A DNA stretch of 64,000 nucleotides. It comes from Tubulanus polymorphus (taxonomy: Eukaryota; Animalia; Nemertea). Below are positions 11,299 through 23,966 of the stretch, piece after piece. The first letter of the stretch is position 1. Each line of letters opens with the position of its first letter. The stretch spans positions 5,920,600 through 5,984,599 of the forward strand of contig NC_134036.1 of NCBI RefSeq assembly GCF_964204645.1, in the 5' to 3' direction. A program made the translations under genes and the position numbers. The notes under the pieces were generated by a model, which was not told the DNA's origin, searched no databases, and saw nothing but the letters and a program-made list of their open reading frames with translations.

Positions 11299-13356
11299 TT
11301 TAGTTTAGTTTAGTTTAGTTTTAGTTTATTGCTCCAAAAAAGATATACAATTTTTCCGAGCATAACAAAATAGTATGAATAGTATAAATATAAAAGCTGG
11401 CAAATTTATACATATTAATAGCCCTAGCTATAACAACCGTGTAGCAGTCGTAATGTATTTAGATAGACTGTAATACAGGTTTTCATTACTGAGCAATTGC
11501 TTGAATTTATATTGATTTGCGCCAATTCTATATCTGTTAGGTATATACAAAATTCTAAAAGCGTTGAAAAATTCGCACTTCAGTATGAAATGATATTCGT
11601 CCCCAATAGTATTCTCGTTACATTTATTACAAACTCGTTCGTTCCGTGGTTTGTTTTCATATCTACCAGTCTCTATTGGTAATTTATGGTTGGAACATCT
11701 AAATCTACATAGTGAGATTCTTAAACTTCGTGGTAGTGATGAAAGATATTTTTCTTGTCCCCAATCAGTTTTAAATATTCTATACGTATCTAATTTAGAG
11801 GATAGTACCATCGATCCATGCCATGTCTGTTTAAATTGATCTTCTAATCTAAGTTTTACGAGTTCCCCAAGGTAGGGAATATTCGGAAATGTTTGTTCCA
11901 ACCATATATTACCAAGACCACAATTCTGTAAGATTGATTCGATACAGGATATCCATTTACTTTGCGAACCATTTAAATGACTATTATAAAGAATGCGGTA
12001 CATTTTACCAGAGTATGTCTCTTCATGCAGGATCAAGTGTCCCCAAAATTTTACCATACGAACTTTGATACGAATTTCAAATGGAAACCTTCCTGTCTCA
12101 CCGTATATCATCAAATTTGGTGTTGACCTCTTGAGGCTTAGCAGATATTTACAAAATGTTAAATGAATTTTTTCAATAACATCAAAATTTCCAAAGCCCC
12201 ACACCTCACAACCAAATGTTAAAATCGATCCAACCATTGCGTCAAAGACTTGGAAAGCAGTATCAAAGTCAAGAGAAAAATGTTGAACTTTCTTAAGAAC
12301 AAATATAAGCGCCTTCTTTGCGTGTTCACAAATCAGCTTTTTACATTTTGCAAAGTTTCCTGTATAATTAAAAAGCACACCTAAATATTTAAATTCAGAT
12401 ACAGTTTCGATTAATACTCCATCGATATTAAATACGGGTTGTCTAATAGACTTCCTTTTTTCGAATACAATGGCTTTAGTTTTACTAATATTGATTACTA
12501 ATTTCCACCTTTTACAATAAGCGACCAACATATCGAGGTTTTTCTGAAGTGCACTTGCACTATCGGCCAATAAGATCGTATCATCTGCGTACAGCAGAAC
12601 TAGTAGCTGAACCCATAGATCTTCGTTTTCGAAGGGAGATGAAATCCCTTGACAACCACTTTCAATTAATGAAGCCTCAAGGTCATTGACAAATATAGAA
12701 AAAAGCACTGGCGATAAATTTTCCCCTTGTCTCAATCCTATGTTACTAAGAAAACAACCTGAGGATTGACCCTGCACATGAACCATGGATTTGATATGTT
12801 TATACATATTATGAATTACGTTTAGGATATTTCCGGTGATACCTGTTGAGATAAGTTTGTGCCACAGTGCCTTTCGCCATATTGTATCAAATGCCTTTTG
12901 GTAGTCAATAAAAATACAATAGAGCTTTCGCTTCTTACTAAAAAGGGTGTCAATTACTGAGTGAAGGGTGAAAATGTGATCCAAAATGCTATGATTTTTT
13001 CGAAATCCGGCTTGATTTCTATTCAGGAGTTCATTTGATTCAAGAAATTCATGGAGACGATCGTTTAATATACTTGTGAATAACTTACTAATACAACTCA
13101 GTAATGTGATTCCCCGATAATTGTCCGGATCACGTGGCTCGCCTTTGTTCTTAAAAATAGGTGTAACTTTACCAATTGTCCAGTTCTCAGGGATAATCCC
13201 AGTTTCCAGGACCTTATTAAAGAGATTGACTAAAGTGGGCATTATTATATCTTCAGAGGTTTTAAGGAATTCGTTCAGTATCTCGTCACATCCAGGTGCC
13301 TTGTTATTCTTAAGTTTCTTAGTAACCTCTTAGTAGATAGTAACTTAGTCTTTTAG
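11299..13356 (-). mobile_element. 5'-truncated non-LTR retrotransposon (RTEX-like), present in this copy only
   Basis: 2053-bp insertion absent at the empty site ~48957-48970. AATAAA plus (CTAAA)n tail, and tttag at both ends. Confidence 0.93.
11428..13329 (-). CDS. LINE ORF2 reverse transcriptase plus C-terminal Cys/His motif (endonuclease lost by truncation)
   Basis: Motifs KAPGCD, NYRGITLL, QAGFR, DYQKAFD, GLRQGENLSP, LLYADD, FKYLG, HKLPIETGRY..C..C....GDEYHF..C. Frame uninterrupted. Confidence 0.93.
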   Translation of the reverse strand, partial: EVTKKLKNNKAPGCDEILNEFLKTSEDIIMPTLVNLFNKVLETGIIPENWTIGKVTPIFKNKGEPRDPDNYRGITLLSCISKLFTSILNDRLHEFLESNELLNRNQAGFRKNHSILDHIFTLHSVIDTLFSKKRKLYCIFIDYQKAFDTIWRKALWHKLISTGITGNILNVIHNMYKHIKSMVHVQGQSSGCFLSNIGLRQGENLSPVLFSIFVNDLEASLIESGCQGISSPFENEDLWVQLLVLLYADDTILLADSASALQKNLDMLVAYCKRWKLVINISKTKAIVFEKRKSIRQPVFNIDGVLIETVSEFKYLGVLFNYTGNFAKCKKLICEHAKKALIFVLKKVQHFSLDFDTAFQVFDAMVGSILTFGCEVWGFGNFDVIEKIHLTFCKYLLSLKRSTPNLMIYGETGRFPFEIRIKVRMVKFWGHLILHEETYSGKMYRILYNSHLNGSQSKWISCIESILQNCGLGNIWLEQTFPNIPYLGELVKLRLEDQFKQTWHGSMVLSSKLDTYRIFKTDWGQEKYLSSLPRSLRISLCRFRCSNHKLPIETGRYENKPRNERVCNKCNENTIGDEYHFILKCEFFNAFRILYIPNRYRIGANQYKFKQLLSNENLYYSLSKYITTATRLL

Positions 13357-13512
13357 TAACCTGAAATGATATCTTCTGGAATAGTGTGTGCTGAATATTG
13401 ACTAGAAATTAGAAAGCTCTGTTGCTCGCCCGTCGTTCTATAACATAAGAAGCTTTTAGTACATCGAAAATATTGAAAGCGTTTAGAATAAATATCGTTT
13501 ACCAGTAGAATA

Positions 13513-14463
13513 ATGGTGACCAATCATACGACCACTTTAATGTACGGTTTGACAATTGTGGATATCAAGTTTGTGCATCGAAAGCAATACCCGACGACAT
13601 TTATTACGTTGTCGGCTATCAACATGGTCCTAGTCACCGTGTTTGGTTTAGTCGGTAATGGCCTCATAGTAGCACTCATGTTGACGCCCAAATTCTGCAA
13701 GCAACTGTTCGGGAATTTCTTTCTCATTCTTGCTGTATCGGATAGTGGTATGATAGTTTATTATCTGTTAATGTGTCTGAATGCAGTTTACTATCGCATA
13801 ACTCGATCGATTTTGATAAATGTTCATCGCGATGATTTTACTTGCATTGTGCTTTTAGTTATGTACGCTGTTTTCATATCATTAAGTCCAATTGTGCTTT
13901 GTTTGATATCGTTGGAAAGAGCTTGTATCGTGCGATTCCCGTTTCTGGGACCTCGATTCTGGAATTCAAATGCTGCCAAACTGGTTTCGCTGGTATCAAT
14001 GTGTGCACCGCTCTATATTGTTACAGCCGAGGCTAAAGGTGTAGTGTATATCGAAGGAATTGGCTGCGTTCACACAACGGATAGAACTTTAATCAAAGCC
14101 CTACAAATAACATGTATTTTATTCATACCAAGCTCAGTAATAATATTCTCAACTGCGCTTATAGTTCTGACACTCGCAAAAAATCAGCGTTTGCAGACAA
14201 ATCGCTCGACGTCTTCACCGGTGTCCGTAATGGTTGTATGTACGTGCCTTGTGTTCCTACTGATAGGTTTCCCAAACAACATAATTTGGATTCGGACTTG
14301 GGTTAATCCGAAAGTTTCCCAATCGCAGTTAGCCTTTCAAATTACGGACATGATCTACCGTTGGAACTTTGCGGTGAATTTTTACGTCTATGTTTTAACG
14401 GGAAGAGAAATTCGCGTCGCTTTACGGCGTTATCTTACTTGCGGACGCTTGCTTAAGACTTAG
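13513..14463 (+). CDS. Intronless class A GPCR, family B
   Basis: 316 aa. Motifs GLVGN (TM1), LAVSD (TM2), C..SLERA (TM3), FLLIGFP (TM6), NFYVY (TM7). Confidence 0.9.
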   Translation: MVTNHTTTLMYGLTIVDIKFVHRKQYPTTFITLSAINMVLVTVFGLVGNGLIVALMLTPKFCKQLFGNFFLILAVSDSGMIVYYLLMCLNAVYYRITRSILINVHRDDFTCIVLLVMYAVFISLSPIVLCLISLERACIVRFPFLGPRFWNSNAAKLVSLVSMCAPLYIVTAEAKGVVYIEGIGCVHTTDRTLIKALQITCILFIPSSVIIFSTALIVLTLAKNQRLQTNRSTSSPVSVMVVCTCLVFLLIGFPNNIIWIRTWVNPKVSQSQLAFQITDMIYRWNFAVNFYVYVLTGREIRVALRRYLTCGRLLKT

Positions 14464-16434
14464 ATGTATTGATTTTATTCTAGAATGCAAACTAACGCAA
14501 AAACCAATTCGTGCGTAGCTTATTGGTAATTTGTGGTAGCGAATTTGTGAAATAATCAGCACAAAAAACATACTCTGAAATAGTAATTCCTTAGTAATTC
14601 CATTGAAAAATCTCTGACATAACTTACTTGTATCCAATGATCTTCAATGTCCCTACAAATGTGAGAAAATTTCATGAACTACGTACACTTTTGCTATTGG
14701 TTATCATTAGTGCATCGAGACTGAATGGCAGAAAAATACAGGTAATAAAGAGTGATATCGATCATCGCAAAACTTAATAATTACACAAGAAGTGGCCAGG
14801 TTGCATTTTACACGAAGAAGTTTTCTTGGACCTTGCCTCGGCAGCCACCATAGCAGCATTGTACGATACTGAATCATTAAAAGATAACTGTTAAATGACC
14901 TTATTTCCTACGAATCATTGTACCTCGAAATGTTTACAGACAGACATCTTGTTCAGTTAAATATCAAAGGAAATAGAATGTAGCTGCAAAGCAGCGACAA
15001 CGGGTTTGCCTTGCTGGTTTAAATGTCGCACTGGGAAGCGCACGAAGATTTCACCTAATAATTCTTATCAGTTTATAACATGCTTCAATTTTGAAGGAGT
15101 GCGGCACATATCCTGGATATGTGGATCCACTAGGGCTACCACGTAAAAATAAGTGCTGATGTACCTTGTTTGGTGCTTTCATAGTTCCGTTGGGAGTTGT
15201 ATGAACTAATCGTACCCGACGTTTCGATCTCACCCTAGAGATCATCGTCATGTGTCAGATCTCTAGATATCTATACTAAAAAGCAGAACGGACGGTATTT
15301 ACCGCGACGCATTGTCGGGAAATTAATGCCTGTATTGAAACGTCTTTTTACCGATGCTTTATACCAGTTTTTCCCGTCGTCGAGTTACATGTTTGAAACA
15401 GATCGGTGGTCCCAGGGAGTCACAATATTCATTTTAGGCCCGGGCTGAAATTCGGTTAAAAAAGATGTGTCTACCATCTAATAGTGAAGTATACCGTACT
15501 ATACTTCTGTAGTGATACAGTAATGTACTGACCAGGATACATTACGCAGCATCAGAACAGTTTATGACACAGTTCTCTCATCACTGATTCGTGCCTCGGT
15601 TGTGAATTTCGGGTGTTTAAAACATTGGTTAAGACAATCATTCACGTAATCCTTGGATCAAAATTGATATGATTGGAATCAACGATATGTTCTGACCGTG
15701 TTGCCCGCCCATAAGCAGCGTCTCAGAATGGTTCTTAGAGGGGGACAGGTCCCATTGCGTAGTTTTTCAGAATGATGCCATACCGCAGACAGGTTACTGG
15801 TAAATAGGGAGGCCCAAACGCAGCCTCTCGGAATGGCTCTGGGGGCTGCGGATACGTGCGTTGGTGATAAATTTATAAAATAGCGTTAAAATAGTACATA
15901 CTGTTTTGGGGAGGGGTAACAAATAATGTACCGGTAGTAACTTTTTACGGAGAGGAGGGTCAAAGAAACATGTACGTACTTTTCTGACAGGCGCTCTCTT
16001 GCAAAATGTATGTATATACGTCAGATAAAAAAATAATGTCAAACAGTGATACAAAGTACAGAATCCTAATATCATCGTCGAGCGACAACCTAGGCATTTT
16101 TCAATTAATGGCAGTCCCACAAGTTAAGCATTTTTTCATGCAATTCGTTGGTTGATTGGAGGGGCATTTTATATGAACGCACGGGTGGCGTGGTCAATAT
16201 AGTAAGTGCTCGAACAAGAAAGAGGGGGCCTAAAAACCGCTGGGGCCGAGAATTTACGGTTAATTATTTGAACAAATGGATTGTACCACAGACAGGTCAG
16301 ACGGGGTAGGGCAGGTGTTGGGTTGGTGTCAAGAACTTTGAAAATTTGAAGCATTTAGATTCATTTCCCGGCCAATTAAAATGAATGTATTTCATAAGCA
16401 AAATGCAGGATTTATGCGCAGAGGTGGTGGGCTC

Positions 16435-16562
16435 AATGAGCCTTTACCAATTTCACCATTGAGGGTAAGAATTAGATTTTGGATCGATGCTCTGAGAGCA
16501 AAAGCTTTTTTCGCTAACAATAAACAAGAAATGAGAATAAACGTCAGAATTAAACTACGGTC

Positions 16563-16600
<38 letters not shown>

Positions 16601-17392
16601 TGTTAGAAGTTTGATTATTTGTAGACATAGTTTTTCTCGCTGCTCCTGCGCGTCTCAACGTGAAAATCAATCGGAATGTTATGAGAACCACTATCACTGT
16701 CGGGATTATAGTAAATAGCGCTGACAAAAACCTCGTAATATCTGAAATAAATGTTTTTAGCAAATGGAGTCAATTTCTGAGTCCATCTCTCGTGTCCAGT
16801 GCACGCGTTACGGGTATAAGTAGTAGCTCTATATTTGAAATGATTTTTAGACTGATCACTAGTTGAAATAACCACTACAAAAATGATGAAGACATAACTT
16901 TTCTTCATGCTTATAATTCTAACAGCTTTCAGAGGCAAACAAACAACGATATATCTGTCTATAGCTATTAACAATGTTATCAGATCACTGATCCAGAAAA
17001 CAAATGTCGAACGTTTTGAGTGTATGAATACAAGCGCTTCATAACGTGGTTTATTTCAACAGTCATATCGAGTAAGAGTGTGTGACGGTAGAGCCGATAC
17101 TGAAACTCAAATACAACAAATGACAAACAAAGCAACATGTCCGTTACGGCCAAACACCTCAAATAAAATATGCTGGTGTTGTTTGAATGTTCTTTGCCAA
17201 GAACAATAAGAGACAGTAAATTTGTGCCGAAACCGAAGATGGCAATTGTGAAAATAACGTAGGTCGTGATCTGTAAATACAGATTTACGTGAAACGGTTT
17301 GTAATCGGCGTGATGGATGTATTTACACCGCGGATGAGGTTTAAACCCACCCGCCGTCTCCGTGGTGATTGTTGTCATGTTTGATCCGTTGA
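16435..17392 (-). pseudogene. Doubly truncated, frameshifted copy of the 52570 GPCR
   Basis: Compared with 52570: 1-bp deletion near 16992, 5-bp deletion near 16717, ~667-bp deletion removing TM7 and the C-terminus, and loss of the start codon. Confidence 0.92.
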
Positions 17393-18045
17393 TCTAATTA
17401 TCAAGTTCACCACGTTCTATACGGTGGTTTTGTCAATACTAAAATCAGCTAAAACTGCACCCCACAAGATTTACTGATATTTACTTGACGACGCAATTTA
17501 ACTTTTTACACGCAGCCTGGCCCATACCTCAGACATCAGACATGTGATAGGCCGAAGGCTATTGATAAAAAGTCTCACGATAGATGTTTACTTATTTGCT
17601 AGGGAGATCTAATAGGTAGCCATCTTCTAAGATGTTCTTTAGAAGCTTCTAACCATCTTCATCTTCGAAATTACCCCATCACAACAGAAGACATCTAGTA
17701 CGATATCGTTATTGAACTTGCATGACGTAATTGGGGGATTCCAAAGGCCGCCATCTTTAATGGATGATTCTTGGTATAAGGAGCAAATCGCGCTATTATC
17801 AGAAGAACAATAAAAATGGCTTTATTGTCAATAACTATTTATCGCTGGTATGTGTACTTTCTCTGGTGATATTCGTTTAGAAGGTTCCACGCACATAAAT
17901 CTGTTGACACTTTGAGCTTATTTTTTTCAAAGAGTAGCTTTCAAGTGTGTGTTCTAAAATCCTTACGAACGGTGCCGTACATTCATCTAATGGTTTACTA
18001 CGAGTGGAAACGCATTAACTGCTTCTAGTTAGTAGTCTTCTTTAA
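17393..18045. repeat. Dispersed non-coding repeat
   Basis: Diverged homologs at ~56600-57245, ~52060-52400 and ~20900-21160 share ggccgccatct, cagaagaacaa..aaatggct and acgagtggaaacgcattaac motifs. Confidence 0.75.
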
Positions 18046-18095
18046 TTTAAGAATAGAGCCATTTTTGTTGTTCTTCTGATAATAGCGCGATTTGG

Positions 18096-18096
<1 letters not shown>

Positions 18097-18144
<48 letters not shown>

Positions 18145-18230
18145 TGATTGATTATTGTAGACATGGTTTTTCTCGCTGCATCTGCGCGCCTCAACGTGAA
18201 GTCCATCTCTCGTGTCCAGTGTTACACGGT
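18097..18230 (-). pseudogene. Family-A GPCR shard with an expanded (CTG)n tract
   Basis: About 13 CTG units plus the RRAxAARKTMS block, fused to the TGHERW block. Confidence 0.85.
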
Positions 18231-18569
18231 TAATACTAGTTTTGCAATGTTATTCGCTATTATAACAATATCGGTATAAAACTATGTAGCTGTTTGATAT
18301 TGTGTTTTGCTATCGGCCCGAGTGTAATTCAGCCAATTCAGCTAATAACTGCGACATTTTAAATGTTCGAACTAAATTCCATTGTCATTAAATTGTTGAC
18401 AGTTTGAAGTTCTTGGCCAAAGGAAATCACCAGTTTCTTCGGGTACGACCCTAATCGTTTCAACCTGTTCGCGAGGCCGGGTTCAGCGTCAAAAACTTCA
18501 TGTAATAGGAACCCATTCCGGTTCTGTGTCAACAATTCGAGGTCGTGTTGAAACTTTTGTTAGGTTTCA

Positions 18570-19680
18570 TCAACCATTATCTGTTTTCATAATCGAAAAC
18601 ATCGCTTTCAGTTGATTTCGAAAGCGACGCCTAGAAGCGCAATAAATGACGAAGTTGCTGGACGCGACTAGCATTCTGACGATATTCAGAATTTGGATAA
18701 ACAATGCTGAGCCTTTACCAAGTTTTCCGTTGAGAGTAACAATTAGATTTCGGATCGATGCTCTGAGATCAAAAGCTTTTTTCAGTAAATAGAAACATGA
18801 AATGAGAATTAACGACAGAGTTAAACTACGCTCACTGCTGCTGCTGCTGTTGGAAGTTTGATTATTTGTAGACATGGTTTTTCTCGCCGCTCCTGCGCGT
18901 CTCAACGTGAAAATCAATCGGATAGTTATTAGAATCACTATCAATGTCGGGATTATAATAAATAAAGTAGCGCCGACAAAAACGTCGTAATATCTCAAAT
19001 GAATCCTTTTGGCAAATGGAGTAAACTTTTGAGTCCATCTCTCGTGTCCAGTGCACGGATTGATGGAACGACGAGTATAATATTTGTAACAATTTTTCGT
19101 CTGATCACAAACTGAAAAGATCACAACCAAGGTAACGTACATATAACTTTTCTTCATGCTCATAATTCTGACAGCTTTTAGAGGCCAACAAACAACGATA
19201 TATCTGTCTATAGCTATTAACAATGTTATCAGATCACTGATATCTGAAAACAAACGTCGCATGTGCTGAGTGTATGAATATATGCGCTTCAGAGCGTGGT
19301 TTATTTCAGCGGTCATGTTCAGTAACAGCGTGTGACTGTAGAGCCAATACTGAAAATCAAATGCGATATAAGACAAACAAATAAACATGTCGGCAACAGC
19401 CAAACATCTCAAATAGAATATACTGGTGTTGTTTGAACGTTCTTTACTGAGAATGATACAAGACATTAAATTTGTGCTGAAACCGATAATGGCAATGCTG
19501 AAAACGACGAAAGTCGTGATCTGTAGATACAGATTCACGTGAAACGGTTTGTAATCGGAGTGATGGATGTATTTACACCGCGGATGAGGTTTAAAATCTG
19601 CCTTCTCAGTGGTGGTGGTTGTCGGGTCCGTTGAGGTCAGGAAACTGAGCGACAACCGATACATTTTCTGAAGCCATCAT
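18570..19680 (-). CDS. Family-A GPCR with a 5-bp N-terminal deletion; pseudogene or rescued by the ATG at 19664
   Basis: The family ATG (19680) yields a 24-aa peptide. The ATG at 19664 opens a 364-aa intact 7TM frame. Confidence 0.75.
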
Positions 19681-21573
19681 TCCAGTTAGCGCAACAACAG
19701 TCAACGGTTATTGATAGTGAAACGAACGGTTTAAACTTTCAAATTTATCGCCCTTTCAATAACCAGCGACATTTGAGTTATTAGCGATTTTTCTGGTGCA
19801 AGAATTGTTAACGATATTTACGGATGTCAAGCCACCAAACTGCGCGAAGTCAAATGCACGCTGACACTGAGAGGACTAGAAGTCGAAATAAGCTATTGCG
19901 TTGACGCCCGACAGCGGAGATGATAAACCCTCAATTTGGATGCAGTGAACTTCTACCAACCATTAAATTCGTTGACTATGAAATAGCTTGATCCTAGTCG
20001 ACTACGAAAAAAACATACGCATATATCCTGCTGTGGAATGATGTATGTGAGATATACTGAAGGATATACTGATCGATGACGAAAGTAGGTTTCAACCATC
20101 GAATGCATAGTGTACGTTTTTTGCCCTGACCCGGTTGGACTCAACGGAACAAAGTTAGTGAGGAGTCTACTGTATTTCACAAATTCTTACTCACTATTTG
20201 ACAAAAACTGAGGGTAGAATTTTACCAGTGTCAAAGTTAAGGGACAGAGTCCACTGTATTTCACAGACTCTTACTCGGTATTTAACAACGTAGGATTTGA
20301 ACAGTGTCATCTTAACCGCAGGTAGAGACATTGTCTACTGTATTTCACGCAATTTTTTGATTGAGTGTATGTAAGGTTGATTCAATGACTAAAAAACAAA
20401 TGGAATAAGAACTAACGTCACTACTGACTGGTCACATTCGAGTACGGATCTGATCTTCAGAATTCAATCGACACCTCAAATTTAAGGAAAAAAAACATTT
20501 TCTGTTAGTCCTATGTTACGTTCTGATCGCAGTTAAATAAAGAAATTGTTGCTATTTTCGATCTAGCGAACCGAAGAAAATTTAGTTTTCTTCATTTCTC
20601 CCTTCATTCGAATTCCATTCGTCACAATTTTCATCCTTTTTATTTTTCCGAACTTTATTAAAGATTTCGTGTGAAAAATACTCGACTTACAAAACACAAT
20701 CATTTTCGATTTTCGATATGTTTTCCCTTCTATTTAAAACGAGTCTAATTCAATTAATTTGATGTCGAACATTTAATGTTGAAAAAATTACTATTCACAG
20801 AGATGACCTACGAAATATCTGTTAGGGGGGGCATAACAGATAGCAATCTTAAAAAGATCACCTATAGGCTCTGCCCACAAATGCGTAACCGAAAGGATTC
20901 AAATGCCCTGGAGGGAATTTTTATGATGTCATATATAAGGTGATTAAAAAAGCGGCCATTTTTTACAAACTACTTTATTCGTAAGCATTAGCAGCGAAAA
21001 CCACTATTATCAGAAAAACTATCAATGGCTCTAATTTCACTAACTATTTATTGTCGCAACGTTTACTTTTTCTGGTGATGTTTATTATAAAGATATCATA
21101 GGTTGAATTTCGTTTGAAATTCGTTTCGATGCTCAGCTTTCAAGTTTATGCTATAAAATGTTGTCTATTTTGCGCAATCGATTTGGATTTAATGGTTGGC
21201 AATTGCTTGGAACATATTGACGGGGAGCGATAGCAGCGATGCAGAGGTGCTCTTAATCGTTTGTCGATCCGAATACAAGTGAATGTGCATCCATTATCAC
21301 CCTTTTATTTCTCTCTCGCTCGCTCGATCGGACCGTGGCAAAAAAAAGCTGAACAGTCATTACTAAGATCTGCGAGCGTTTTAGGAATATACACTGTGGC
21401 GTCGATACTTTCGCTAGTCTACCGCCTATATGTGGCATGTGACCAGTCGATATACCACAAGTAACCAGATCGACCAACAGAGCGAGCCTTGTCAGACAGC
21501 CCTGTGAAATAGATAGAACTCGGAGGAAAACCGGTCGGTTATTCAACGGTTCTCTGTAGGTATTCGCGGTGGA

Positions 21574-22548
21574 ATGAGTCTGAACCGTACCTCACGAATG
21601 TTCCTCGCTCGCACGTGGCAGAACGGCGTTTGGTACGCGTTCAATATCTACATCTATTTCTGGATGGTGACCGGTGTCGCCGGAAGCGCGCTGTCCGTAA
21701 TCGTGCTGTTCCGCGTGCGTCGCGCTATAGACGCGTGTAGCTTTCAGTACCTGGTTCCGCTGGCTTTTTCCGATTCGATTTTCGTCGTGACTTTCTCGAT
21801 GAAATCGCTGGAACGGATTCATATCGTGGCCGGTAATGTACACGGTAAATACATGTTCTTCGCGATTAGCGATGTCTCCTGTAAGCTTGGTATGGTGCTC
21901 ATCAATTTCGGTATAAAAACCTCCTCCTGGGTGCTGCTATGTTTCGCCATCGAGCGCAGTGTAGCCGTGTTGGCTCCGTTACAAGTCGGGAGGCTGGTGA
22001 CCCGGGCTCGACGCCGGTATTTGGTGTTGTCGATATTCGTCTATTTCACCATTACCGAGGGTGCGATGAGCGGCCAGTTTTACGTGAAAACCTTGCACGG
22101 TCACGACGACAGTATAACACGGAATTGTCAGACATACATGCTCGCAAGCATTTTGACAAAAGTCAAGATCGTATATTCGAACGCGGTAACCATAATAATC
22201 CCGTTAAGCGGTTTTGCCGTATCCACCGCGCTGATCGCTGGTCAGTTTTCCAGATGAGACGCCCGCTTCAAAAATACCTACACCTCCGAACAGGAACGCA
22301 GATGCGTGCGCAATCTGATTTGCATAGTCGTGGCGTATTTCCTGTTTAACATGCCGAATACGGCGTTCACGATCCTGCGCGGCACGTCAAGCGTGTTGTC
22401 GCGATTACCAGTGCATATGCTGCATTTTTCTTCATTGTTAAGCGGCGTCCTGATGATCACGAATAGCGGCGTGAACTTTTTCATTTACGTCGTCAATTTG
22501 AAATTGTTCCGCGACGAATTGACGCGTCTGATGTTCGGGATTCGTTAA
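21574..22548 (+). pseudogene. Family-C GPCR with a premature stop
   Basis: CGA>TGA at 22255-22257 relative to the intact 57508-58482 copy; truncates the protein after TM5. Confidence 0.9.
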
Positions 22549-23966
22549 CCAATAGCGCAGTTGATGATTTGATCTGAATCAAAATGTTGTTTATGTAAGA
22601 AGTCAGTCTAACAGCTCGGTCAAATGGTATTTTGTTTCTAAGAGCTGCAACTGTACCGTCGTCATGTTCGTCCGGGTTACTCGTAATTGGAACTGGTATC
22701 AAAGTGAATCGTCCGTTTTCCAGTAAAACCAAACGACATTCAAAGATAGAAATTATAACAAACGAACAAAAAATTAAACAAGAAACACAGTCATCTGTTA
22801 TATAAAATAGTTTTATGTATTTGAAATTGTTGAAATTGTTTCAAATAAAGATGACGTATAGTTATTATGTATGATTTCCTAATTCCTTATTACTTACAAT
22901 ACGCGCCGTACGCAATCCGATCCATATGCTACTAAAGACGCCCTGTTTAAAAAGTTTCGAATATATTCCCTTCAACGACAAATACAAAAATAAAAAAATA
23001 TAGCCGCCAAGCAGCGTAAACGGGTTTTGTGACCTAACGGGAAAATAGGAATTGAAAACCTCATTGCCGAGGATTCGAAACAGAGATTGGGAACATGAAA
23101 CAGGCGCGACTTTTGGTGCTAAGAATGCCCCGGTCAAAATGTTTCGAATATATTCACTTCAACGAGAGAAATATAAAAAAATAAAAATTACCGCTTATCT
23201 TATAGCCAACGACGTTAGGCGAAACGTTATTTTTTTCAATTGAATCATTTTATCTTATATCCTATTTAGATTGCTCGTGAAACGTGTCCAGTTGATATTT
23301 AATTGAATCACATTTCATCTTATATCCGAATTTATTCCCTACGAGAGGGCAGCAGCTTGCCACTTATCACATAGTTTCGTATTTGATATGAATATAGTTT
23401 TTTTCTAAGAATCGAGTTGAAGAGTTGTCTAAGCACATAGTTACTAAATAAAAGACATTTGAATCGTATACGATGGCCCTTTCTTACTTATTGCCAATAC
23501 ATTCAACATTTCGTTTAGATTTTCGAAAAGAATCTGCAGTAGATCGATAATCACTAAAACCTAAACCTAAATATACGAAAACTTTAGCAGACATGCGGAG
23601 AAAGTAAATCAGATATCTCAATGGAAACTCGCGTGGTCATATTTCAATATATCCGGGTGGCCGAAATCGAGTTCGACGTTGATCGCAAAATCAACAGCTT
23701 ATCTCCACAATACCGCGATCGCAAGGGCGATTTTGACCCAGGCTAAATTGTTCCCGTTTTACATCGAGTCCTTTTTAGTGTTTACTTGTTTTGGATTCGA
23801 CACGCCTCGCTTGCCAAAGCATCGTTTTAGCATCAGTTTTGTATCGAATTTGTGGTTTAATTTGGCTCTGATGCGCCGCACTCATTTGGCCCGGGGCAAA
23901 TCGACTCCGTGCGATCGCGGCTAACGCTCGTCTAGCGGGATAGCCCGAATTATGAATGACGCCGTC

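Larger units (their letters stand above)
5990..16434. repeat. Segmental duplication block matching ~43655-52044
   Basis: Collinear ORFs at offsets ~37670 before the LINE and 35610 after it. Confidence 0.95.

Noticed and set aside
11428-13242. Reverse transcriptase next to variable receptors as a diversity-generating or retron-like system
   Set aside because: It has ordinary LINE motifs and tail, is 5'-truncated, and is absent from the duplicate unit. No adenine-specific template/variable repeat pair is visible.
15794-16354. 108-aa and 61-aa ORFs conserved in both copies
   Set aside because: Conservation reflects the recent duplication. No recognisable motifs; the region looks like non-coding repeat DNA that I could not classify.
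21592-22349. Antisense or alternate-frame ORFs overlapping GPCRs and exons
   Set aside because: Shadow ORFs of GC-richer coding DNA, with no independent support.
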